Positions 33,798 through 43,700 of a stretch of 64,000 nt of DNA are shown here, one piece after another. Position 1 is the first letter of the stretch. Every line of letters starts with the position of its first letter. The notes beneath the pieces are model-generated. The model was not told the origin of the DNA, ran no database searches, and saw only the letters and a list, made by a program, of their open reading frames with translations. This DNA is from a virus. The DNA lies in IMG/VR virus record IMGVR_UViG_3300017766_005733, positions 67,626 through 131,625 of that record; one strand, given 5' to 3'. Both the position numbers and the translations under genes were made by a program.

Positions 33798-36643
33798 TCG
33801 TTGACCGGGTTGTTGACGTATTCTTCAAATGCACCCAGAGCGCCGGTATAGGTATAGTGCCACCCCGTTACGCTGCTCAAAGCAAAAACAACCGCAGAGT
33901 TGACCCTGTTCATCAGCTTCAACTGAGTAGAAAAGATAAACGGAGTGATTTCTCGATTGGTAATACTCGGAACTGAAGGGCTGGCTCTGTTCCAGTCTGT
34001 GCTCAGGGGGATAACGATTGGCATGGCGACAACGCCGTGCTGAATCGAAGACAGCCCCAAGGAAACCTGAGTTGTCGGCGAGGAAGTGTTCGGCGAAAAG
34101 AACAAAGACAGATTATAATACAAAGTTCTTGCGGTAGGCAGCACAGCCGTAAGATTGCTGGCTCCCGCTTGGTTGGACGCTGTGTCGTATGCGTTGAAAG
34201 TTGAGCCACCGGAGAGCGTGTTGACCGTCAAATCGGTATTGCCGAAGAAAGCCGTCGTTCCGACGTTGTTGTTGGCCATCGAAACGTATCGAACACCAAA
34301 GTCCGTGGTCACAACGCGGCAGTTGGCGGCCGAGCCGCCAGAAACCATGACCGAACCGACATAGCAGCGACTGGTGGTTCCGTCGTGGCCGTTGCGGTTC
34401 GGGGCGGTCGTCGAACCCACCAAAGTTCCAACGCCAGCAGACACGTTGAGGTAGATGTAGCGCTGTCCGTTGCCTGCAAACCCCAACGTCGAAACAGCGA
34501 CCGTGATGTCCGCGGAACTGGAAAACACCGTTCCATCGGCCAGCCGGAACGCTCCGCGTCCCAGCGTGATGGTCGTGCCATCAAAATAGAGGCTGCCTCC
34601 GGCGATGATCTTAGAGGATTCTGCGCCCAAGGCGCTGTTGATCCACAGCTGCTGCGCCCTGACCATCTGGGCGCCGACGTCGTTGATCTGAGAGTTCGTA
34701 TCCCCAACGAAGATCAGAGAGTCTTCGCTAGAATCGTACTGCAATCGATCAGACAGCGTGCCATCGGTTACAGTAGTGAACCTCAGGTCCACGTTGTTGT
34801 CTCCGATTTTGTTTGTACGAATGAACCATCCGTCTGGTGGGTCCGCTAGGTCGTTGTGAACTAACGACATGGCCACTACCGTACCATCCAGCGTGCTCGT
34901 ATTGCGAAGCTGCAGCGCTTCGACCTGTCCACCTACGCTGGGTGCGGTAGTTCCGCTGACTTGAACACGCACGCCACCGCCGGTACCGCCAACGGCGAGC
35001 ATGGCGGGGCCCGAGGCTCCGCCAGTGGCCTTGACACCAACGCCAGTACCTGAGCCTACGCCTTGGATGCCGTCGGCGTTGCCACCGCCGGCGGTTCCGA
35101 TGATGCCGATGCCGTTTGTGGGGCCACCGGCGGCGTTCAGTCCAACACCAAATCCAGTGTTGGTTACCGCGACGGCATCGCCCGAGCCATCGCCTATGGC
35201 CAAAATGGCGTTGCCGCCACTGGATTGAGCATAAACACCAATGATACCAATACCGTGAACGCCCATTCCGGTTCCAGCGCCAACTCCCTTGACGCCAGCG
35301 CTCAGAGAGGAAGTCGCAGAACTGGTACCCAAAAGTCCATATCCCGTTCCCGTTCCCGTTCCCGAAAAGCCGTTGTTGTTTCCAGCGCTTGCGGTATTGG
35401 AGATCGTGCCCGTGGTATCAGCGCGGGCAGCGACAACGGGGCTGCCTGTGACGGCATACGACAGCTGGACCGTGCCCAACGAGGCATTGGTGGCGGCGGC
35501 GACGAACGTGCGGCCAGCTTCGTACTGCTTGTCGCGGAAGAAGACTTCGTTGCCGCGACGCCACGCGATGATGAAGCGGCTGCCGGGGATCGTCGGTGAA
35601 CCCAGCGTCGCCAGATCCGCAACCTGCATCGTCAGCGCCGCGGCGTTGGTGCTGCGGTTGACGTCAACGTACAGGCACTGGTTGTCGGCCGTAAACGTCG
35701 CCGTGCCGTTGGTGATGGTATTGTAGACGGCCGTAGAGTTGGCGAAGACGAGGTACAGCGACGTCCACTCGATCAGGCCGGTGCCGACTGTCCAACGGAA
35801 GTTGTCGCCGGTGGGAAAGAGGCCGGTGCCGCCAAGACACAGCTTGGTGTCACGATCGCTGTTGGCCGTGAACCAGCGCTCACCGCCGCCCAGTTCCCAA
35901 AGGCGGGTCATGATGGCGTCCTGCCACTCTTTGCCGCTGCCGATCGCGCGGTCGCCGCCAGTGAAAGCGGCGTCCACAGTGCCGGCCTCAACGCTGCGCC
36001 CCTGAGCCCAAGTGAAGGCGTTGCGGTTGTTCACCGACGCGCCGCCGGCGGCCAACCGATACGACATCTGCCGCGCATCCACGATCGCGGAGATGGTGTT
36101 GGTCGACGTCGTCGTGACGATGGCGATCGGGCAGACGTGAGGGGTCGCCGAGAAGTCGGTGGTGCTGATGAGGAAGCGGTAGTTGAGGACGCGAGCCAGC
36201 GGAACCAGCCGCGGCGTCTCCTGCCACGTCACGGCATCGAGGAAGGTAACGGTGTCGGCTGTCGTTTCGTCGGCTTCGCGCCGAAGATCAATGCCGACAT
36301 AGTTGGTGGTGCTGGCCGTGAAGCTGCCCTCGACCTTGGCGTTGCTCGTCGACAGCTGTTCGTTGGCCGTCGAGTCCGGAACCGTGAAAACAGACCCGGC
36401 TTCAGTGGCCAGAGGATGGATAAGGGCGCTTCCCGCCACCACCACCTGCAGGCTCGACGCCGGTTGCCCCGTCATCCCAGTCGTAGAGAGAGCAAAGCCC
36501 TTGACGATCAGCGCCTGACCGCCGGCCATCACCTCACCCGCCAGCGCATCGAAGTCAGCGGCCACCGCCGACTCCATCATGCGCAGGTGCGGCGCATCGA
36601 TACGCTGCTGACCAAGAACATTCAACTGGCGCTTGATAGCCAT
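33794..36643 (-). CDS. Tail fibre / receptor-binding protein
   Basis: Gly/Thr/Ala-rich repeats (GTGTGTG, GVKG.G); downstream of baseplate genes; lower-GC C-terminal part. Confidence 0.75.
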   Translation of the reverse strand: MAIKRQLNVLGQQRIDAPHLRMMESAVAADFDALAGEVMAGGQALIVKGFALSTTGMTGQPASSLQVVVAGSALIHPLATEAGSVFTVPDSTANEQLSTSNAKVEGSFTASTTNYVGIDLRREADETTADTVTFLDAVTWQETPRLVPLARVLNYRFLISTTDFSATPHVCPIAIVTTTSTNTISAIVDARQMSYRLAAGGASVNNRNAFTWAQGRSVEAGTVDAAFTGGDRAIGSGKEWQDAIMTRLWELGGGERWFTANSDRDTKLCLGGTGLFPTGDNFRWTVGTGLIEWTSLYLVFANSTAVYNTITNGTATFTADNQCLYVDVNRSTNAAALTMQVADLATLGSPTIPGSRFIIAWRRGNEVFFRDKQYEAGRTFVAAATNASLGTVQLSYAVTGSPVVAARADTTGTISNTASAGNNNGFSGTGTGTGYGLLGTSSATSSLSAGVKGVGAGTGMGVHGIGIIGVYAQSSGGNAILAIGDGSGDAVAVTNTGFGVGLNAAGGPTNGIGIIGTAGGGNADGIQGVGSGTGVGVKATGGASGPAMLAVGGTGGGVRVQVSGTTAPSVGGQVEALQLRNTSTLDGTVVAMSLVHNDLADPPDGWFIRTNKIGDNNVDLRFTTVTDGTLSDRLQYDSSEDSLIFVGDTNSQINDVGAQMVRAQQLWINSALGAESSKIIAGGSLYFDGTTITLGRGAFRLADGTVFSSSADITVAVSTLGFAGNGQRYIYLNVSAGVGTLVGSTTAPNRNGHDGTTSRCYVGSVMVSGGSAANCRVVTTDFGVRYVSMANNNVGTTAFFGNTDLTVNTLSGGSTFNAYDTASNQAGASNLTAVLPTARTLYYNLSLFFSPNTSSPTTQVSLGLSSIQHGVVAMPIVIPLSTDWNRASPSVPSITNREITPFIFSTQLKLMNRVNSAVVFALSSVTGWHYTYTGALGAFEEYVNNPVNE

Positions 36644-36673
36644 GTCATCATCCTACTTTGACGGGGGATTGGC

Positions 36674-37123
36674 TCAAAGATTCTCCGTGAATCCAGTAGC
36701 CTTCAGGTCCAGTTCGTTGTTCCAGTGCAGGGCCGTGAACGTGAAGCTGCCGGTCACGACGCCTCGCGCCTCGGCGGTGAAAGACTGCTGCTGAACCGAG
36801 CACTCGTCGGCGCGGAAAAAGATGGTCTTGTCTCGGCGATTGAGGATCAGCAGCGAAAAGTAGCGCTCTTCTGCGATTTTCTCCGGTGGCGCCACGATCC
36901 CCCGCCCCTCAAGGCCGCCGGTCGTGTGGCGACGCAGGAAGGCGATGGTGCCCGACAGCTTCATCACCGTCGGCGACAGTTCCTGTGCATGAATGGTGTC
37001 GATGCCCATGAGTTCATCACGGGGCGTCGCCGAGGCGAAGTTGAAGGCCGTGACCTCGCCGAACATGCGGCCGTTCACAAACATCAGAAGCTGGGCTGAG
37101 ACAATGTTGCGGGAGGCAGTCAT
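36674..37123 (-). CDS. Tail tube-fold protein
   Basis: 149 aa, LMFVNG...ELMGID...ELSP...SGTI...VTGSFTFTAL pattern; baseplate context. Confidence 0.6.
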   Translation of the reverse strand: MTASRNIVSAQLLMFVNGRMFGEVTAFNFASATPRDELMGIDTIHAQELSPTVMKLSGTIAFLRRHTTGGLEGRGIVAPPEKIAEERYFSLLILNRRDKTIFFRADECSVQQQSFTAEARGVVTGSFTFTALHWNNELDLKATGFTENL

Positions 37124-40100
37124 GTGATGTCGTCCTCCTCCTGAGCCGCAGCAACTTCTGCAGTCAGGTTATCGCCGCCCCAGACCCTTACGGCATCTGA
37201 TAGCTTTTCCGCCCCAGCCTTGGGGTATCCGGCGTTGCCCAAACCCACGTCACTGGGATACAACACCTTGACATTCAAGTCAGGACCGGCGGCCGACGCC
37301 GACCGAACTGCGTCCTCGGCCGCCACGCGACCGGCGTTGGAGTTGGTGACGTAGAACGACCCCAGATCCTTGGCCGTCGCCGGCGCCCCCGGAGCCTTTT
37401 GTGCCAGCAGCGTCACCTTGGTGCCCGAGGCATAGGCGAAGGGGAAAACGTAGTTGAAGTCGATCGCCAGCTGGGTGTCGGAGATCCGCGACAGGTAGGG
37501 CACGGGATAGGCGACGTCCTCGTATCCGGCGCGGAGCGCCAAGTAGCCGGGGGCATCGGGGAAGGAGGTAGCGTCGACCAGTGTCAACACACCAATCTGT
37601 GCAAACTGGGAGATGTCGCCTACCGTCTGCGATTCCGTGGAGGTCAGGAGCGGATCGGCGTCTTCGTTCCAAACGTATGGGCCGATGAAACGATCTTGCG
37701 TTTCTACCGTCTCTGAGCCAGAAAGCGTTGGCGTTGCCCCCGGAGCCAACGTCGTCCGCAACACATCGCCCGTCGGGAGGCCGGAGACGGTGAAGGACGT
37801 GCTTGACGGCGCTGCCGCCACCTGATACATGCCATTGACGCGATGCGCCGGCGAGGCAAAGTTGGAGCCCTCGACGAAGGCCGAGGTGCGGTTTTGGGCC
37901 GTAAAGCTAGTGCCCGTCAGCGATGAACCAGACGTCGCACTCTCGCCTCCGAACATCACGCACAGGCCGTTGCTGACGGCGCTGATGCCGTACTCAAAGA
38001 AGGCTCCTGCCGTACCGTTGCTGGAGAAAGGCAGCGTACTCCATCGGCCACTGGGGATGTCGTAGACCTCCGTGGCGAGATCCGGCGGCGTCCCGGTTGT
38101 CTGCATGCCACCGTAGACGTACACCTTGTCGCCGAGACGGAAGACGACGGGGTTGTAGCGGCCTGCCTTCAGGCGCCCGGCGGGTGTCCACGCACCCGAA
38201 GACAGATCGAACATCTCGACTTCGTCGACGACGCGATCGACAGTCTCGTTGGCCAACACGCGCCCGAAGCCGCCGATGGCCAGCGCCCGGCCGCCGCCGA
38301 TGTCAACGACGCGGTGTGAATAGCGGGCGACGGCCATGCGCCCCGGCGTCGACCATGCAGGCGTCACGAGGTCGCTGAGGAAGCCGGTGGTGTCAGTGGG
38401 GATGAAGGTGGCGCCACTGAAGATACCGCCACCACACCAAAGCGCTGCGACGAGTTTGGTGGCATCCTCCACGGCCCCCAAGGAGCATCCGGCGTGGCGG
38501 CTGCGGGCTTGGGTGTCGGTGGCCTTGGCGAAGATGCTGAGGCCGTTGGTAGCGGGATTGAAGGCCGACACGGCCGTCGTGTTGGTGGTCGCCGCCGTTT
38601 GACCGCCGATCAGCAGCACCTGCTGCCGTTGGCTGCTGTCGAGAACCGTAAGGGCTACGGCAAGACGGCAGGCGGGATGAATGGCGTTGGTGACGGTAAG
38701 GATGGTACCGACGTTGGAGCCACCAGTCGCCGAAAGGAACAAGCGAGCATTGGCGGTGAACGTGGGGGTGTTTGCCGTCTGGCCGCACGCAAACAACACG
38801 CCGATGCCTGCATCGCCTTGATAGGCGGCGGCGGCCGAGTAGGCGGCGGCGTAGCCGATGTCCGCCGTCGAAAAGTAGTTGTACGAGTAGACGGGTCGAT
38901 TTGCGGCATCTTGGGTGACGCCGGAAAACCTCGCCACCTTGTAGTCTGAAAAATACGACAGGCCAATGCGGCCACCGTGAATAAAGATGTCGCCATTCGA
39001 CATGGCAACGCCAATGGCGCCAGTGCGTGCGCCAAAAGAATCGACGGCGCGCATGGGCGAGATCATCGACTGCCGACTGACGCCGGTGGTGCCAGTGGCC
39101 CCCAAGGCGTTTTCGATTGGCGCCGTTGTCATGGGATGGGAGTACGACGTCGGACGAATGTTCTCCAACGTCACCCAGTCGCCAGCCAAGAGCCCATGGG
39201 CGTTGGCTGTCGTGACCTTCAGCGTGCCATCGGGCCCCAAGTCAACCGACAGGTCTCCGACATCGCTTGTCGTCTCTTTCGGCAGGTACGCGGCCTTCAG
39301 GGGCTCGCGGTCGACCACAGTCGTCGTCGTCGGCAGATGCAGGCGAATGCTGTTCTCGGCACCCGACACCATCGCGCCATTGCTCGACGGCGTCGTGTAG
39401 GCCGGACGATAGAACTGGAAATCGCCGTTGGCGACAGTCAACGGCCCGGCCTGCGTCACTGCCGAGACGTTGACGATCGTCACCTGCTGCAGGAAGGCGC
39501 TGCCAGTCCAAGAGATCGCCACTTCTTCGATGGCAAAGGTGCCCTTGTTGGCGGCATTCAACTGGCTATCCTGAGCCAAGATGTAGTCGCCGTCACGAAC
39601 CGAAACCAACGAGGCCGAGGCGCCGGTGAAGTCGAGACGCGCGCGACCGTTTTCGATCACAGTCACGGAATAGGTGGCGCTGGTGAGCAGTGGCGTCGCC
39701 AGCAGCTGAGGGAAACGCAGGCCGTACTGGGCGAGACCGCCGACGACACGGATCTTGGATGACAGCCCCAGCGTCGGCGAGTAGACGACGACACGGTAGA
39801 GGCCCGTCAAGGCATTCAGGGACGTAACAGCCCACGCCTGACTGCCGAGGCTACGCAGCTGGCGCGTGATGGTGGCCGCCACCTCGATCGCCTGCGCCTG
39901 ATTGATGTCGGCGAAGTCGGCGGCAGAGAAGGTGATGGGGTATTCGGTGCCATCGACGTCGACGATCAGCTGCGACAGATCGTCGAGGTTATAGGGGGCA
40001 TCGACCTCCGTCTCGATGGTCGCACGAACGGCGCTGCGGCCATAGAAGACCTCAAGGATCTCCCACAGCGCCTTGTAGGTGATCTTCTCAGACGACAGGC

Positions 40101-40701
40101 GAATGGCAAGTTCACGGAAGACGGCATCCGACATGCCGACGTCGCTGGGCCGCGAGACGCCGACTTCGCCGGCGAGGCGATCCAGAAAGCTGCCTTCGGC
40201 CGTCGACAGGAACATCTGATTCCACGCCGCCCGCGCCGTATCCTGCAGATACTGATCGGCGCGCGAGAGCGCGTAGACAAGAGCATCCCAGCCCTCGCCG
40301 ATGAAGGCCGGCGACAGGAACTGACGCAGGACGCTTTCTGGCGTCACGTCGTCGGCGCCGCCATTGACGATGTCCTGAGGCTCCGTCGAGTTGACGCTGA
40401 AGATGCCGACATTGGGGTTGGTCAGCGCCGTGCCGTCATCGGCCACGACCCCCGACACCAGAAGGCTCCAGCTGCCGGCGCCAATGAGCGCCGAACCAAA
40501 CAGCGTGAAGGCCTGCGGATCGTCGAGGACCGGCGCCACCTCGATGACACGAGACGTCGTGGGCCCCGACAGCTGGTAGTTGGCGGGGTTGAGGGCGTCA
40601 TCGCTCTCAGTCGCGGAAATGGCCTTGGCCGCGGCGCTGAAGACAACGCGCACGGCCGCGGGGCCAACCGGGATCACAGACTGGATCGCGAAAACAGTCA
40701 T
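37120..40701 (-). CDS. Baseplate wedge protein (gpI-like segment) with Kelch repeats
   Basis: FLSTAEGSFLDRLA...SDAVFRELA gpI-like motif; repeated IGG/YGG...E.YD..SG.W Kelch units. Confidence 0.78.
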   Translation of the reverse strand: MTVFAIQSVIPVGPAAVRVVFSAAAKAISATESDDALNPANYQLSGPTTSRVIEVAPVLDDPQAFTLFGSALIGAGSWSLLVSGVVADDGTALTNPNVGIFSVNSTEPQDIVNGGADDVTPESVLRQFLSPAFIGEGWDALVYALSRADQYLQDTARAAWNQMFLSTAEGSFLDRLAGEVGVSRPSDVGMSDAVFRELAIRLSSEKITYKALWEILEVFYGRSAVRATIETEVDAPYNLDDLSQLIVDVDGTEYPITFSAADFADINQAQAIEVAATITRQLRSLGSQAWAVTSLNALTGLYRVVVYSPTLGLSSKIRVVGGLAQYGLRFPQLLATPLLTSATYSVTVIENGRARLDFTGASASLVSVRDGDYILAQDSQLNAANKGTFAIEEVAISWTGSAFLQQVTIVNVSAVTQAGPLTVANGDFQFYRPAYTTPSSNGAMVSGAENSIRLHLPTTTTVVDREPLKAAYLPKETTSDVGDLSVDLGPDGTLKVTTANAHGLLAGDWVTLENIRPTSYSHPMTTAPIENALGATGTTGVSRQSMISPMRAVDSFGARTGAIGVAMSNGDIFIHGGRIGLSYFSDYKVARFSGVTQDAANRPVYSYNYFSTADIGYAAAYSAAAAYQGDAGIGVLFACGQTANTPTFTANARLFLSATGGSNVGTILTVTNAIHPACRLAVALTVLDSSQRQQVLLIGGQTAATTNTTAVSAFNPATNGLSIFAKATDTQARSRHAGCSLGAVEDATKLVAALWCGGGIFSGATFIPTDTTGFLSDLVTPAWSTPGRMAVARYSHRVVDIGGGRALAIGGFGRVLANETVDRVVDEVEMFDLSSGAWTPAGRLKAGRYNPVVFRLGDKVYVYGGMQTTGTPPDLATEVYDIPSGRWSTLPFSSNGTAGAFFEYGISAVSNGLCVMFGGESATSGSSLTGTSFTAQNRTSAFVEGSNFASPAHRVNGMYQVAAAPSSTSFTVSGLPTGDVLRTTLAPGATPTLSGSETVETQDRFIGPYVWNEDADPLLTSTESQTVGDISQFAQIGVLTLVDATSFPDAPGYLALRAGYEDVAYPVPYLSRISDTQLAIDFNYVFPFAYASGTKVTLLAQKAPGAPATAKDLGSFYVTNSNAGRVAAEDAVRSASAAGPDLNVKVLYPSDVGLGNAGYPKAGAEKLSDAVRVWGGDNLTAEVAAAQEEDDIT

Positions 40702-40721
40702 GTCGCCCTCAATCTATACAA

Positions 40722-43700
40722 TCAATCGCCAACAATCGATACCGTGATGTCTTGCTCAGCATTTAGCACAAGCGGCTTCTCGTACGGCTGAACGGTGATG
40801 AGATCGTTGTCGCTGTTGTACGTCGGCGACACAATCGATACCGCCGTTACGCCGTTGATGCTGGCAGCAGCCGCCACAAGATTGCTGATGACCACCGGCT
40901 TGCCGACACCAAAGCTGTTGATGGTAGCCGCGACCGCCGAGCGGACGTAGCTGATGGCGCTCTGCGGCAGCACGCCAAGGCGCAGGCGGATGGCCAAGGC
41001 CACCTGAATGCGCTTGACGAGAGGGCCGCTGATGTTGACGTTCGTGCCCGCGGCAACGACACCGGGGTAGCTGGTGGGGTCGCGGGGGTCGCCCATGATC
41101 ACGCGGTTGACTTCACCCAGCAGGCCCGTGTTGTAGCGATAGCCGTCAACCCCCGGCACGATGTCGGTACCGAAAGCCAGCTTGTCGAGCGACGTCAGGA
41201 CAGCGCCGTAGACGTCGGAAATCTCGTAGTCGCCGGGCAGGTAGTAGCTGTATGATCCACCAAGGCCAGTGTCATGCCAGAGAGAGAAACGAACGTCGAC
41301 AAGCGAGGCGTTGCTGGCGTTGGGGGAAATCGAGTTCATGCGCGCCACGCATTTGATCGTGGAACTGGGGATGACGCGGAACTTTGAAGAAGCGGCCCCC
41401 AAGGCAGCCGCCGGCGTCGACTGTACCACCCACGGGCGAGAAGACGTGTCCAGCTTCAGGCCAGTGCCGACATAGGCGCTGCTCGTGCCCACGCTCTCGA
41501 TTCGCCACAACCCCTTGTTTTCTGCCCCCCACTCGTCACCGCTGATCGAAAGGTAGTCTCCAGCCATGGGGCCGTTGTTGATGAAGATCACCGACACCCG
41601 CTTGCCGTCTTCCTCTACGGCATTCGGGTTTTCAATCCACACAGTGTATTTGCCGCCAGAAAGCACGGCATCAGACATGGCAATGATTCGGAACGTGCCG
41701 GTGTTTGCCAAAGACACTGGATCCGTGCCCGGCTGGCCGATATAGATCATCCTTGCCGTACCCGAGATGGTCGGCAAGTTGGTGATCATGACATATCGCC
41801 CCTGCCTCTTGACCTGTACGTTCGATGAAACAGAGGTATTGACGACGCCAGCGGAATAAAGGGTGCCGGCAGAGAACGCCAGATTGCCGTTGACGTCATT
41901 GGACGACAGCACAAGCGACGAACTCAGCGAAACGCTGGGGTCAGCGGAGTTGGCGACCATCGCCATCGTCCCTGCCGTAAAGCCTGCCGATTGATCGGCG
42001 GGAATAGAGATGATCGCGTGATTATTGAGCGTCCCAAAGACATTCAGGGAGCCAACGATGGAGGCAGAAGAGGCATTCGCAGAGCCACCCTGCACCTGAA
42101 CGGAGCCGCTGCTGCCCGGCGTTACGCTTGCGATCTGGGGCGCGCGGCCATCATTGGCGACGCTGACGTCGGCGACGCGCGAAAGGCCACAGACACCGAG
42201 AGTGTTGAGCCAAGCCGTGATGGTGGTAGCCGTTGTCGGCACAACCCGCACTTCTTCATTGAGCCAATCGCTGTTGGCAACCAACGAGGCAGCGATCGGG
42301 GCCTTGAAGGCGAGGGTGTAGTTGCCGGCGAGGGTTCCGGGGCTCGTCGTCGTCTGCACCCAGTTGATGCCGTCGCTCAGAGCCGCGTACTCCACGAGTT
42401 CATCGGCGGTTGCCGCCTCATCACGCGAAGACAGCAGGACAGTGCCGGCGCCGGTGCCAGTGACCGTAGCCGTCACCGGACAGCCATCTCCCAAGGCGTT
42501 CACGGAAGCGGCGATAGCCGTTGCCGTAGCCGAGCCAGAGTTGATGGGGAAGATGGAGATGTTGGTGGGCGAGGACAGAATCGAGTACGCCAGCGTCGTC
42601 GACGTCGAGCCGAGGTCCGTGTCTGTGTCTGCGTAGCCCTGAATGTAGCGATCGCCGAGGTTGTTGATGCGGATGCTGCGCCCACGCCAACCCGAGGGAA
42701 TGGCCGTAGACGTTCCGAGTCGGATGACATCGCCGACAGCCACCGATCCCGTGTTCAGACGTCGCTCAACCGAGTCGGTGCTGATGCTGCCGATGCTGGC
42801 GATCGGACCAGCCGCCGTACCCGCTTCAGCGTAGACGATGGTCGTCGGCGTGACGCTGGTGATCAGCTTGGCGCCCGGCGAGAAGCTGCCCGAGGAGGAG
42901 GCGAGGTAGATGACGTTGCCGGCGACAAGACCGTGATTGGTGAGGTTGTAGAGCCCCATCGTGAGGTCGAGCGTCAGCGTCACGTCAGTAGTGGTACGCG
43001 AGGCGCTGGAGACCGGGAAGCCGCAGGCGACGGTGATGACGTTACGGCCGCCGACGACACTGAGGCCGTAGCCCATTCGCGTGGCCTCACGCGGCAAGAA
43101 GGTGGCGTCGCTGCGAGCGGCACCTGAGGGCAACAGCACCGAGACGAGGTTGTAGTCCTCAAGGTTTGATGGCGTCGGTTGGTTGTCGACAGACACCTGC
43201 AGGCTCTGTGAGGCCGCAGTGGGATAGGCGTAACGCAACCGGGCCCTGTCGCCGTCGGCGCCATAGCGCTTCCAGCGCCAGAGGATACGCTTCGTGGCAT
43301 CGGCGCTGTGCGTCAACAGACGCGAACGCATGTAGGCGACGAAGTCATTGAAGCTGTAGCCGAGGCCGAAGGCCCCGGTCAGGCTCTGGCTACCGTTGTC
43401 GGCATCCAAGAAGTCATTCGATGACCCATACGTCGCCGTCGTTGGCGTCAGACGTCGGTACATCGGCACGACGAAACGCTTGTTGTCGGTATCGCGATCG
43501 ACGATGGTCGTCAGGGTGTCGTTGGGGCCAATCGCGTAGGCATTGGCCAAGTAGAACGAGTCAGTATTTGCCCAGAATCGCGGAGCGGCGTCGCGGAGAG
43601 TCAATACGACGTCACCGGGAGTTGCGATCGAAGCCACGAGGCTGTAGTAATCGGAGTTGTTGCCCCAGCGAACGGTGGTGCCGGCGTCGTTCGTCGCCTT

